Shown: positions 40,422-53,300, numbered from the stretch's first letter. The stretch: 64,000 nt of DNA from Eledone cirrhosa (GCA_964016885.1 OZ024740.1:324384001-324448000), one strand, 5' to 3'. The notes: generated by a model not told the origin, from the letters alone. Program-made: numbers and translations.

Positions 40422-43400
40422 CTAACAGTGCTGCGATCGAATGTGGCTTTTTAGCCCAGCCAATGATCTAAAATGTCTTGCACAGAGTCGGCAACCAAAA
40501 CATTTACTGGGAATAGTCGGCTGTGGTTGGAGTTCGTGTACTTTTGCATGTCGCTTGAGTCCTCCTGCTGATTTACATTCTCTACCACATGTTTGGCAAG
40601 CATGATGAGTAGCATCTCCAACAGCAGCCTGGTAGTCAACCACTGGTCTTACTTTATGACTGCGAAGATGACTTTCGAGTCCAGCTTTGCTTAGGCAGAG
40701 TCTCGCACAGACGCTGCATGTCAGAAACACAGGAGGACCCTCGCCGTCTGGAAGTGCAACAGCAATACCCTTCCTCACGTCCCGCTTTACTTTCTCGTGT
40801 GCGATTCGAGATGCCTCAAAGGCAACTTTTCCCTCATATACAGTCTTTCTCCATTTATTACGATCAGCAGCAATATTTTCCCATGTATCAGCAGAGATGT
40901 TAGCGTCTCTCAGAGAGGCTTTCAAGGAATCCTTATACCTCTTTTTTGGTTTATGTGGCGGTCGTTTTCCTTTAACCAACTCTCCATAGAAGAGTTGTTT
41001 TGGTATTCTAGAATCCTTCATCCTGGCAAGGTGACCACTCCAACGGAGTCGCTGCTTAAGCACAAGAGCTTCTATACTGTCACACATAGAGCTCTCCAAA
41101 ATCTCGACATCACTGATGTGGTCCCTCCAGCGAACGCCATGTATCCGTCTGAGACACATCTGATGGAAACGCTCCAATTGCTTAAGGTGGCGTCGATATG
41201 TGACCCAGGTCTCGCAGGCATAAAGAAGACAAGAGAGTACACATGCCCTGTACACCTTTACCTTTGTCCTCCTGCATATGTCTCGCCGACCCCAGAGTCG
41301 CCTTTCTAGCTTTCCGAAAGCATCACTTGCTTTCCTAATCCTAAGTGAGATTTCACTGTCAAGGTTGCCGTATCGATTGACAGTGCTTCCCAGGTAGACA
41401 AACTGATCAACCACTCCAAGTCGTTTGCCATACACATAGATGTTTGGTTCAGTGTACTGCCTACCAGGTGCAGGTTGGTACATGACGACGGTTTTCTTGA
41501 GACTGACAGTCAAACCCAGGGCAGTGCAAGCGTCAGAAAATACATTCAAAATGTGCTGCATATCACTCTCTGTGTGCGCTACAAGATCGCAATCATCTGC
41601 ATACAAGAGGTCTCCTATGACTGATGTAAATACTTTTGTCTTCGCAGCAAAGCGCCTGATGTTAAATATGCTGCCTGAGGTTCGATATCGGATGTAAACA
41701 CCATGCTCGCAATTCCTGAATGCAACACAGAAAACCATTGCAAAGTATATGGCAAACAGGGTCGGTGCTGGAATATCCCCCTGTTTCACTCCATTTTTTA
41801 CTGAGATAGGCTCCGACATGTTACCTCCGACATTAACCCAAGCCTTCATGTCGTCATGGAAAGACCTAACTAAAGCAAGGAACTTATCAGGGCAACCAAG
41901 TTTCTGGAGAACCTTCCATAATGCATCTCTGTTGACAGTATCGAAAGCCTTTGTCAGATCGACAAAAACCTGATACAGATCCAAGCCCTGTTCAATGCAC
42001 TTCTCCTGGAGCTGTCTAGCTGAGAAGATCACATCAGTAGTGCCGCGTCCAACACGAAAACCAGATTGACTTTCAGGAAGGACACAATCTGCAATGTGTG
42101 TCAGCAGACGGTCCAGAAGCACCCTACATAAAACTTTCCCCACGACAGAAAGCAATGATATACCTCTGTAGTTCCCACAATCATTCCTGTTACCCTTTCC
42201 CTTGTACAAGACCACCATTACTGCATCTCTCCAGTCCTCAGGCACGGATTCATTAGCCCATATCCCTCCAAACAGAGAGTGAAGATGTTGCAGGAGTCTC
42301 TCACCACCATATTGTAGGAGCTCAGCATGTATGCCATCCATACCTGGAGATCTTCCACTGTTCAGCTTCGAAATAGCCACTGCAACCTCCACAAGTGTCG
42401 GAGGTTCTGCGAGAGCTACTTTCACAGGACTTTCCGGAATGAGATTGAGGAAATCTTCACTGACGACAGACGGCTGATTCAAAAGATCATCAAAGTGCTC
42501 TCGCCACCTTCGTAGAATTCCCTGTGAGTCACGAAGAAGTTCTTTGCCATCCTTGCTGCGAATCGGTGTCACCAGAGAAGAAGACGGTCCATAAACCTCA
42601 CGCAAGAGACTGTACAACAGCTTTGTGTTATTGCAATCAGACGCAGTTTGTATCTCACCAGCCTTCTCACTCCACCACTGATCCTTCATCTGAGAAAGAC
42701 TCCGCCTAACACGTGATTTTACATCCCTGAGCTCCTCATGCAACGTATTCCTCTCCTGTGGTCTTGCCGTCAAGTAGCGTGACAGAGCGCGCCTCTTATC
42801 AGCCAACAAGTCATCTATATGCACATCTTTCTCATCAAACCAGTCCTGATGTTTTCTCTGCACCAATCCCAGAACACGTCTGCCTACATCATAAACCGAC
42901 TTTTTAAGGGTCGGCCAATCCTCACCAAGATCTGCAGCCTGCATCTCTTCTTCCAATGTCCTCTTCACATTTTTATCCTTAAGACGAGCAGCATTCAATC
43001 TTTTGGGCAGGGCAACACCAGGAGCCCGGATTTTACGTTTGGTGATTAGATTCACTTTTGCGCGTACCAGGCGGTGGTCCGTCCAGCACTCAGCTCCACG
43101 AAGAACACGAACACACCGCACATCCCGTCTGTCACGCATCCTGACTAGGACGTAGTCCAAAAGATGCCATTCCTTAGATGCAGGATGCATCCATGTGGTC
43201 TTGAATTTGTTCTTTTGTTGGAACATGGTGTTGGTAACACACAGATCCAGCTCCTCACACATCTGCAGCAAGAGCATACCATTGCTGTTACACTTTCCCA
43301 CCCCATGCCTTCCGATTACATTCCATGTGTTAAAATCCCTACCCACTCTAGCATTAAAGTCACCAAGCACGATGACTTTGTCTGCCTGAGGGATATTTCT

Positions 43401-43967
43401 TAAAACACCTTTCAAGGCATGGTAAAAGGACAGTTTTTCTTCATCGACAGAATTCATAGTTGGAGCATACACACTCACCAGGGTAGCATATCTTCCCTTG
43501 TCCAGCGGAACTCTCATGGACATAAGACGCTCACTAATCCCCACTGGGAATTCTTCCAATTTATTCACCAGTACAGTCTTAACAGCAAATCCTACCCCAG
43601 CCTCTCTTCTGGTTCCTTCATCTCTTCCTTTCCAGAAGAATGTATATTCTCCACAAAATTCCGTAAGATGACCATCTCCAGCTAACCTCGTCTCAGACAA
43701 AGCCACGATGTCAAGATCGTAACGTCGAAGCTCCTTTGCAACAAGAGCGGTCCTTCGTTCAGGACGCTCCAAAGAATCCCTGTCAAGCAGCGTCCGTACG
43801 TTCCAGCAGCCAAGACTAAATGCCCTGTTTGGCTCTATTACAATGGCACGATGACGGGCGGGCCCAGGTTGTGATAACTTGGGGCCCCTGCCCTTATTGC
43901 CAATGATCTTTTTTGTTCCAGAACCCAAATTGGCAATTATCTCGTTTACATTGTTCTGGAACATCAT
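40422..43967 (-). CDS. RTE ORF: APE, RT and three C2H2 zinc fingers (1181 aa)
   Basis: WNVRTL, ALSETR, YAPT, GDFNARVG, LLDYVL, TDH; QSGFR, DLTKAFDTV, GVKQG, YADD, YLGS; CSVC..H..H, CQTC..H..H, CRLC..H...H. Confidence 0.95.
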   Translation of the reverse strand: MMFQNNVNEIIANLGSGTKKIIGNKGRGPKLSQPGPARHRAIVIEPNRAFSLGCWNVRTLLDRDSLERPERRTALVAKELRRYDLDIVALSETRLAGDGHLTEFCGEYTFFWKGRDEGTRREAGVGFAVKTVLVNKLEEFPVGISERLMSMRVPLDKGRYATLVSVYAPTMNSVDEEKLSFYHALKGVLRNIPQADKVIVLGDFNARVGRDFNTWNVIGRHGVGKCNSNGMLLLQMCEELDLCVTNTMFQQKNKFKTTWMHPASKEWHLLDYVLVRMRDRRDVRCVRVLRGAECWTDHRLVRAKVNLITKRKIRAPGVALPKRLNAARLKDKNVKRTLEEEMQAADLGEDWPTLKKSVYDVGRRVLGLVQRKHQDWFDEKDVHIDDLLADKRRALSRYLTARPQERNTLHEELRDVKSRVRRSLSQMKDQWWSEKAGEIQTASDCNNTKLLYSLLREVYGPSSSLVTPIRSKDGKELLRDSQGILRRWREHFDDLLNQPSVVSEDFLNLIPESPVKVALAEPPTLVEVAVAISKLNSGRSPGMDGIHAELLQYGGERLLQHLHSLFGGIWANESVPEDWRDAVMVVLYKGKGNRNDCGNYRGISLLSVVGKVLCRVLLDRLLTHIADCVLPESQSGFRVGRGTTDVIFSARQLQEKCIEQGLDLYQVFVDLTKAFDTVNRDALWKVLQKLGCPDKFLALVRSFHDDMKAWVNVGGNMSEPISVKNGVKQGDIPAPTLFAIYFAMVFCVAFRNCEHGVYIRYRTSGSIFNIRRFAAKTKVFTSVIGDLLYADDCDLVAHTESDMQHILNVFSDACTALGLTVSLKKTVVMYQPAPGRQYTEPNIYVYGKRLGVVDQFVYLGSTVNRYGNLDSEISLRIRKASDAFGKLERRLWGRRDICRRTKVKVYRACVLSCLLYACETWVTYRRHLKQLERFHQMCLRRIHGVRWRDHISDVEILESSMCDSIEALVLKQRLRWSGHLARMKDSRIPKQLFYGELVKGKRPPHKPKKRYKDSLKASLRDANISADTWENIAADRNKWRKTVYEGKVAFEASRIAHEKVKRDVRKGIAVALPDGEGPPVFLTCSVCARLCLSKAGLESHLRSHKVRPVVDYQAAVGDATHHACQTCGRECKSAGGLKRHAKVHELQPQPTIPSKCFGCRLCARHFRSLAGLKSHIRSQHC

Positions 43968-44008
43968 TGAATTGGAAAAAAAAAAAAAAAAAAAAAAAAG
44001 TAATAATA

Positions 44009-44043
<35 letters not shown>

Positions 44044-44796
44044 ACACTATTAATAATTATTAATGCACTCGTGCAATGCCTGTGCGTGACGAATATTTTT
44101 AAAGTGAGGAAAGACTGTGCACTGAACCAATCCCACTCTCTGAGCGACAGTAGCTATAACCCGAAAAGAAGAAAAGATCAACATCATCGGTAACTACTGA
44201 GCCGCAGGTTTTATATCGGAGTTAACCCAGTTTCCTGAGATGCCTTCTCCTAGAAGAATACCCTGACATGGGCTAGGGGTTCTTCACTCACATATATATA
44301 CATACACACATATATATACATACATACATACATACATAATTTATACATAAATATCAAATACATGCACACACATATATATATATATACATACATATATACA
44401 TACATACAGACATACAGACATACATACCGACATACATATATTTAAATTAAGAGAAAAATGCTGAATACAGATAACATATAACCGTGAAAATATTTTAGAA
44501 ATGAAATAATAAACAGGAAGAGAGAAAGAAGGGAGGAAGAAAAACTAAATTAAAAAATAGGGAAAGCGGGTAAAGGAAGGATGCAAACATAAACTGGTCT
44601 TCCATACTTAATGACTCCTCTAAGTTTTCCGCTCCTTTCATGTAATTAAAAACATCTAGTAAAATATCTGAGTTCTTAAGGGACACAGAATTCTCCTATT
44701 TCAGTAATCAGTTATGGACTGGTTTGTCTTAATGTCCTTGGTCATTTGTAGCCGTTTGAATAGAATTATTACAATATTTATAACTAGTCTAAAGTA

Positions 44797-44929
44797 CTGG
44801 GTCGTCAAGTATGGAATTTGTAGAAATTTCTTATTTTTTCTATAAATTTCTACAAATTTTATACTTGAAATTTGTAGAAATTTGCTTCTTTTTTATAATA
44901 ATCTACAAATTTCATACTTGATGATCCAA
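44797..44929. mobile_element. Mariner-like MITE with internally duplicated TIR segments
   Basis: TA-flanked ctgggtcgtcaagtatggaatttgtaga / tctacaaatttcatacttgatgatccaa, plus an inner inverted pair. Confidence 0.65.
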
Positions 44930-44949
44930 TATATTTCAAGCTAGGAGGC

Positions 44950-45388
44950 TCGTGGGGCCGGTGTTTATCCCGGTTTCGTGACATGAAACGACTGAGAGTA
45001 CAAGACTCCCCCATGGGCAGGATGCCAGTCTATCACAGGGTTAATCCCCCAGCTATTGCTGGTACTCATTTTCAATCCATTAAATGAATTGCCCCTTTTC
45101 TTGGGTTCTTAAGTCCGTTTCAAGCCAGCAGTCTCCATAGGCCTATGTGTTTATCCCGGTTTCGTGGCGTGAAACGACAGAAAGTAAAAGACTTCCCCAT
45201 GGAAAGACGGCCGTCCATCGCAGGTTAAACCCACCAACTATTACTGGTACTCATTTTCAGCTCAGTATACTGGAGCAATGTGAAATGAAATGCTTTATCA
45301 AGAACACAACACACAAACCAGCCAAGGAATCGAACGCACGGCATTATAATCGCCAGCCTAACATCCTTACCACTAGGGCATGTCCCTC
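44950..45388 (-). mobile_element. S2 SINE copy plus a partial 3' copy
   Basis: Reverse-complement match to 29857-30120 (45140-45388 near full length; 44950-45075 3' part only). Confidence 0.8.
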
Positions 45389-45449
45389 AGCATTACAATC
45401 ATTATAATAGCTTATCAACAGCCAATTATTGCTAAACGTGGTATCGTAT

Positions 45450-46175
45450 CCCGTATTTGTTTGGAAGATGTTCTTTAAAAGATTCTTAGATTCATTTATA
45501 TATTTTGGTATTTTATCTTGTGTTTTGTTAAACGGCTCAATATGTTGCATGAATATGTATTTGTCAGCCAAACAGAGGAGGCATATTTAATATTTGTTAA
45601 CGTAAAGTGTCCCCATTTCTAATACAGACGAGTTTATTAAGGCGTTGGAATATATATTTAATTCTGCTATTTCAGGAATAGCTGTGTTGTTACGTTATGA
45701 GCTGATGTTGTTTTTTGTTGCTGCTGCAATTATTGTTTTTGTTTTTGTCATTACGGCTCGCACCTGCACCAGCTTACCATGGTTGTTATGAAGCTGAATC
45801 ACATAGAAATATACTTGTGCATTTTAATCGTATGTTGTGTGTATGTGCTCCTTAAAGTGATCCCGATATAATCTTCTCTCTATACCATATTTGGATAATA
45901 CTTAGTCTCAGTACTCAATGTCTTTATGTAACAATTCTCATGGAAAAGAAGGCATTATATTACTGCTGTGAATTCGTTGTCGTGCTGGGTGTATGGTGTG
46001 TTCCTATGTGTGTAGTCAGTTCTAGTACTTTGGGATTAACAGATGTTTTCCATACAAGAATAGCTAACTTGTACACTGTTCTTACACTATTTTTGTTGAA
46101 CAGCTTGTGGTAGTTTGGGAGAACAGGGAAATGTTGATCAACGAAAAGAGGACATTTCTGGCCTTGTTGAAGGCT
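45450..46175 (-). pseudogene. Decayed PLE RT-thumb/GIY-YIG remnant
   Basis: VDQHFP..YHKLFNKNSV (compare IDKHFP..LHKIFNRNTVK) and LLCLADKYIF (compare CxLCLxEK). Confidence 0.6.
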
Positions 46176-46388
46176 AATACACACACCCACTCACACACAC
46201 ACCCACTCACGCACACACACACGCGCACATACACACGCATACACACACATACGCACACACACACACGCACGCACATACACACATGCCCCCCCCACACACA
46301 CACACACATTCATATATATATATATATAAGTGTGTGTGTGTGTGCGTGTGTATGCATTTATGTATATATATGTATGTGAATGCATGCA

Positions 46389-46471
<83 letters not shown>

Positions 46472-46949
46472 GTGTGTTGTGTGTGTACCTATATTAAACA
46501 CATATACATATATACAGAAAAAGATATATACACTCTATGTTTGCTGTATAATGCTCTAGGAGTGTGTATTATAAAGGCAGCCCCACCCGTCTGCTACCCA
46601 GGGATACATTAGATAACTACATTCCTATCAAAACGATATTTTATTTATCATATACAATTTCTTTGTTTAGACAAATAGTACAGCTTAATCTTTTTGTGGA
46701 ATAAAATTTAATCTGGCTTTGTTTGTTTTTCTTTCTTCTATCTTTCTCGCTGTCGTCATTTACTTCTTTCTTTCCTCCCCCCCCCCCATTATTTCTTCTT
46801 TCTTTCCTTCTTTTTCTTTTTTCTTTCTTTCTATCTCTCTCCCTTTCATCCTTTCTGTATGTCTATCTTTGTTTTTTTTTTATTTCAGCCTCTTGTATTT
46901 TCTTTCTTTATCCTATCGTTTTTTTTTCTTCCTTCCTATCTTCCAAAAG

Positions 46950-47020
<71 letters not shown>

Positions 47021-47033
47021 ACACACACACAGA

Positions 47034-47070
<37 letters not shown>

Positions 47071-47805
47071 AGACCACATACACCCCCCACACATACACAC
47101 ACACAGACACCCACGCACACAGACACACACATATACACACAGACACACACACACACAGACACACACCCACAGACACACACACTCACACACAGAAACACAC
47201 AGACACACAGACACACAGACACACAGAGACACACACACACAGAGACACACACACAGAGAAACACACACACACACGCGAATTCTAACGGAGATCTGTAAAG
47301 AATACACGATGTATTTTGTCTGTGTTGTTGAGACACAAACAGAGCTGATAATAGGTTATCAATTGTTTGATAGTTGAAGGTAAAGAGCGGCGAGGAAGTC
47401 AGGAAGTAACTGTAGTGTAGGGGGCGCTATTATCCTTGATGTAGGGTTGTAATAGTAGTGCAGGGGAGTTATAAACATCAGTGATTAAAGGCAAGTTGTA
47501 ATAGTAGTTTAAGGGGGTTACAACAATCACTGATTAGACAGGAAGGTGTCAGACAGGGTAGTTAGCGATGGGACCGTCGGTATTTGACAAAAAATACGGA
47601 ATTCCAGAAAATGCAACTCTGTATTATAAAAAAAGTATGTATGTGTTTTTGTTTGTATGTACACACGTGAGAGCGGTTGGGTGTGTATGTGTATTGCAGT
47701 GAGGCAGTGAGTTGATTAATATACATATCAATAAAATTATATATATATAAACGGAAAAAATGAAAGGAAATTTCATTTCCCACTCTTAGTACGGCTGTTA
47801 CTTAA

Positions 47806-48146
47806 ATATAAGTATGTACACGTACATACATATATGTATACAGACGTAGAGTAGTATGTATATATATATACATACATGCACACATATATATATATGTGCG
47901 TATGGATTCACCGAACATTTATTATAATGCTCGGTGTGTTTGTAAACAAACATCCCGTATTAAGCCGTAGTGTCCAGCAACCATCGTTGCTCGTTTGTTA
48001 ATACGGGATGTTTGTTTACAAACACACCGAGCATTATAATAAATGTTCGGTGAATCCATACGTACATATATATATGTGTGCATGTATGTATATATATATA
48101 CATACTACTGTACGTCTGTATACATATATGTATGTACGTGTACATA

Positions 48147-48153
<7 letters not shown>
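47806..48153. repeat. Inverted repeat with arms of about 157 bp and a 34-bp spacer
   Basis: 47806-47963 versus 47998-48153; about 2 substitutions. Confidence 0.95.
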
Positions 48154-48216
<63 letters not shown>

Positions 48217-48218
<2 letters not shown>

Positions 48219-48650
48219 GATATTAAATAAATGGAAACTATATTTATAAAACCATATTTATTTTATTATATATATTTCAAGGGTACCAAAACACTTTGGT
48301 ACGCTTTCTTCAGATAAAATACAATACAAAGTTTGTTTTATAAATAGAGACATACCCAGGAAAATCATACCTTACCAGTTGGATATTCTCTGGATAGTAT
48401 CTATCACTATCCAGGGAATATCCAACTCATAAGGTATGATTTTCCTGGGTATGTCTCTATTTATAAAACAAACTTTGTATTTTATCTGAAGAAAGCGTAG
48501 CAAAGTGTTTTTGTACCCTTTATAAATATAGTTTCCATTTATTTAATATCATTGAATATTTACTCAAGGAACTTGTTGAGTGCTCTAAATCAGTTATAAA
48601 CATTTATATTTATATTTGTCGGATTTCCAACAAATTAAATACCCCTTCTA
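48217..48650. mobile_element. Non-coding fold-back mini-element of PLE type C termini in (TA)n
   Basis: 48217-48398 inverted at about 48404-48553 (right arm has deletions), plus a tail of about 95 nt homologous to 49979-50070. Confidence 0.8.
48260..48320 (-). ncRNA. Type I hammerhead ribozyme (type C)
   Basis: ATTTTAT-CTGAAGA-AAGc GTACCAAA gtgt TTTGGTAC cCTT-GAAA-TATATA-TA/ATAAAAT. Confidence 0.82.
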
Positions 48651-48651
48651 C

Positions 48652-48684
<33 letters not shown>

Positions 48685-49052
48685 TATATATTGTGTGTGT
48701 GTGTGTGACTGCGCGTGTGTTTATATATATATATGTATGTAAAAGGTAAACAGAAATAGCAACACAATCGGTACAGTATATGGAAGGTATATATTAGGTT
48801 AACGCTTGATATAGCAGGAAGAGGGTCTTAACGTTTCATATATATACATATACACATACGTTGTTGATGTGTAGTTAAAATAGGGAAATTGATTTACCCG
48901 ATGCATTGGTACAGTCCATCAAGGAAACAAAACTGCTAAATACATATATTCATTTCTTACCATGGAATTCAACCAACCCATGTAACAAATAACAACACAA
49001 TAAAAACATGTAAATGTTCGAAATAACAATAAGTATGTTTTCATTTATATAT

Positions 49053-49237
49053 TAATTGTTTCTACTTTAGGCACAAGGCCAGCAATTTACCAGTGCATTA
49101 CTGGTACTTTATTTTATTGACCCCGTAAGGATGAAAGGCAAAGTCAACCTCGGCGGGATTTGAACTCAGATCGTAAAGGGACGTAACTATGCTGGAAAGC
49201 ATGGCGTCCGACCCTCCACCGATACTTTCAATCCACC
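49053..49237 (-). mobile_element. S1 SINE
   Basis: Near-identical to 21816-22001. Confidence 0.9.
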
Positions 49238-49744
49238 ATTAATAAGATATAGAGTGTGTCGAAGGAGATTATTTCTGGTGGATGTAAATATATTTCAATG
49301 TAGTGAAAACTTGTAAGCAAAATGTTTTAGAAAAAGAGACAGAGTGACTATGTGGAGGTAGTGATATGCTGCAGAAAAGATAACGACTTGATGGCTGTAG
49401 CAGTGCTGGTCATTATGGCCAACGGCTACAGCCAATGTCTTTTACCAATTTCTTGAGCAGGCAGCCAAGAGAGCTTGTCGTAGGTGTTGCCACAGCTATT
49501 TTTTTAGCAGAATTGATGAATATGGCCTAGGATATGAAATAACGCCGACACGTCAAACTTTTGCATCACAACAAATTTCACCCAAGGATAATTTCGTTAC
49601 ACATACAAAGACACACATACGCACACACAAATACATACATACATACATAATACATGCATACGTACGTACGTACATACGTACATACACACACACACACACA
49701 CAGTGACAGTGATCTTTATTATATTTGAAGATACTCTATTTTTG

Positions 49745-49807
<63 letters not shown>

Positions 49808-49858
49808 AAGTAATTCCGTTGGAATTTTGTAATCCGGTCAATAAAGACACCAGGATTT

Positions 49859-49918
49859 TTTCATTCTGATGAATGAAAGCAAATTTCGTTTGCTTTCAAA
49901 AACCACTGGTAAATGAAA
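49859..49918 (+). ncRNA. Hammerhead motif (type E) with an apparent G12-to-A core change
   Basis: TTTCATT-CTGATGA-a TGAAAGCAAA tttcg TTTGCTTTCA-AAAA-CCA c TGG-TA/AATGAAA. Confidence 0.65.
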
Positions 49919-49942
49919 TAATTATCTTATGTTGTTTATTAC

Positions 49943-49978
<36 letters not shown>

Positions 49979-49981
<3 letters not shown>

Positions 49982-50372
49982 AAAGTTCTATTTAAATTGT
50001 TGGGATACAACAAGCCAATATTTTTATAACTGATATAAAGCACTCAACAAGTATCTGGAGTAAACATACGATATTAACAAATGGAAACTATATTTATAAA
50101 ACCATATCTATTTTATTATACATATTTCAAGGACACCATGTTAAATTATGGTATGCTTTCATCAGACAAAATACAATATATATCGGTTTTATAAATAAAT
50201 AAATAAATATTGACATACCCTTACAAAATGCAACCATTACTGTTGGAAGACTCCAACCAGAAATTTATAAATTTATAAATTTTTTATAAATTTATTATAA
50301 TAGTAAATTGAAGTGAATGCAACTGGTGCGTGTGTTTCTTATTGGCAACATGACCCTCCCAAAGTATAACAA
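49979..50372. mobile_element. Chimeric tail-out mini-element: type C terminus (minus) fused to family A terminus (plus), in (TA)n
   Basis: 49979-50250 homologous to 48217-48650; about 50253-50372 homologous to 20450-20567. Confidence 0.8.
50110..50172 (-). ncRNA. Type I hammerhead ribozyme (type C)
   Basis: ATTTTGT-CTGATGA-AAGc ATACCAT aatttaac ATGGTGT cCTT-GAAA-TATGTA-TA/ATAAAAT. Confidence 0.8.
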
Positions 50373-51039
50373 TATATATATATATATATGTATATTAACA
50401 AGTGTAGCAACAATATCAAACAAACATCCCCGCCCCACGCACTCACACAGACACACATAATACATAAACACACATATACATGCACACATAATACACAAAT
50501 ATACAGCACACACACACACATCCATGTTGTGTCTATTCCCCCATTTCCCTTCTTAACCTTAATCTTTCTTGTCCAGAACCTCGACCCTCTGGAACTCATG
50601 TGCTCATATCTTTCATATAAGAGTTGCGTCACAATGATTTAAACAAAACATCAACGACATCAGTCTTTACACTCTAGGAGGACTTATGAAGTGAAAGCCC
50701 TTAGCACTACTCTAGCTTTCCACTGACCCACAACACTACACTAACCATTATAGCCAATTATTCCTGTCCACAATATTGGTTTTCTGTAGCTCTTTACTCG
50801 AACGTGTCTTTCTGAAAACGTCAATAATTTAACATGACATTAGCGACACCAATCTCTTCTGCCTTTTCTTTCAGACAAAAACTAATCCTTCTTGTTCAGT
50901 ACGTTATCCCTCAAGAGCTCACTTTCTGCTCATGTTTTTTTTCAAAAGGACTGTGTGTATGCAAGCACGTATATATGTGTGTATGTGTATGTATCTATGT
51001 TAAACATTTTTTTTAGAGACGCATAGTCTTCATTATGAT

Positions 51040-51285
51040 ATTACTCCAGGAGAAGCTCACTCTGATATAAAACCTGCAACTTCGTTTGCATGCAATGATG
51101 TAGACCAGTTCCTCTTTTTGGATAAATGCATTCGAAGTTCAGAGAGTGGATTGCCCCGTGAAAATTCTTTCCTCACTTAAAAAAACTTCATGTACAGGCA
51201 TCACTTAATATGTGATATTTTTTTGCGATGCATGCCATTGCTGGCCATAGGCAAGTCCTTAGCAGAACTAAAAAGCCACGTCTGT
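51040..51285 (+). mobile_element. Old non-autonomous RTE derivative
   Basis: ggagaag..ctctgatataaaacctgc..agagagtgg..ttcctcacttaaaaa..caggc, as in the RTE 5' UTR. Confidence 0.6.
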
Positions 51286-51842
51286 GATGCTCATACTTAA
51301 GTATCAAGCGTTGGTATTACATAAATCGAGTTGAGCCATCATGTATATATGCACATTTGTGAGTGTGTGTGTGTGTGTGTGTATGTGTGTATGTATGAAT
51401 ATTTGTATGTATGTATGTATGGATGTATGTATGTGTGTAGGTATGTATTTTTATGTGTATGTGTGTGTGTGTATGTGTGTGTGTATGTATGTTTTGCAAC
51501 CATTTAATCAGAACATCAACGGCATCAATCTCTTCCTTCTCGAGGTTGGATGGCTACGAAGCGAACTACATAGATAAGCATTGTCCCTTCCCCGAAACAG
51601 CAAAATAGAAATTATAAAAAATCCTACATGCATGTCACAACATCTGGTGATCTACAGCCACCTTGGAATACAGGACACTTGTGCTTAGTCATCTGATGGT
51701 AGCTGTGTGATATTTTCTTACTGTTTACACTAAGGAGGAAGTGATTTCAGATCATAAAATAACAAAACTTATATAAATCATATTATATAATTAGTTAAGT
51801 CAACAAAGTTTAGGCCTCATATTGTGTCTATGATTCTGTGTT

Positions 51843-51951
<109 letters not shown>

Positions 51952-51961
51952 CAGTATATAC

Positions 51962-52059
<98 letters not shown>

Positions 52060-52110
52060 GCGTGTGTGTGTATGTGTGTGTGTGTATATATATGTATATG
52101 CGTATATATG

Positions 52111-52145
<35 letters not shown>

Positions 52146-52368
52146 ATGTGGTGCATGCTATGTATATATATATCTGCGTGTGTGTATATGTGCCTGTCTG
52201 TCTGCCTATGTATATATGTATGTATGCATGTATGTATGTATGTATGTATATGTGTATATGTGTATATATGCGTGGGAATTGACTCATACACAGGCTCCTA
52301 TGTGTTTGTGTAGATATTTATACATCTGCTTCCCTTTATATATGTATATGTATATACATATGCGTGTG

Positions 52369-52407
<39 letters not shown>

Positions 52408-52652
52408 TGCATGCAAGGGATGATTGCACTGGGTAGGTCAGATTAGAATTAGCGAAGAATGTGGTGGGGTGAGGGGGACAACTTCCTTATTTAAAGTAAC
52501 TCTACTCTGTGCTGTTTCAGTTTGCACGTACATTTAACACCATGACCATCACCATCATCATCATCATCATTGCCATCGCTACCACATTCACCACAACTAG
52601 CGCCACCATACTCATTACAAAAACCACCAACACCACGCATCGACTTGTGAAA

Positions 52653-52691
<39 letters not shown>

Positions 52692-52752
52692 AGTAGAGTA
52701 GAGTAGTAGTAGTAGTAGCTGTAACTAGTTTCCAGAAAAGAAAGACAGTTTA

Positions 52753-52804
<52 letters not shown>

Positions 52805-52805
52805 C

Positions 52806-53246
<441 letters not shown>

Positions 53247-53255
53247 TATAGTGTG

Positions 53256-53300
<45 letters not shown>

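Larger units (their letters stand above)
34108..44288 (-). mobile_element. RTE-clade LINE with its 3' UTR interrupted by a microsatellite block and a Tx1 element
   Basis: 5' UTR 43968-44288 and the detached 3' end 34108-34150 (tggccatactcgataacgagggggcagccatcat) both match the RTE derivative at 54060-54672; possible TSD cacatat at 34103 and 44289. Confidence 0.8.
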
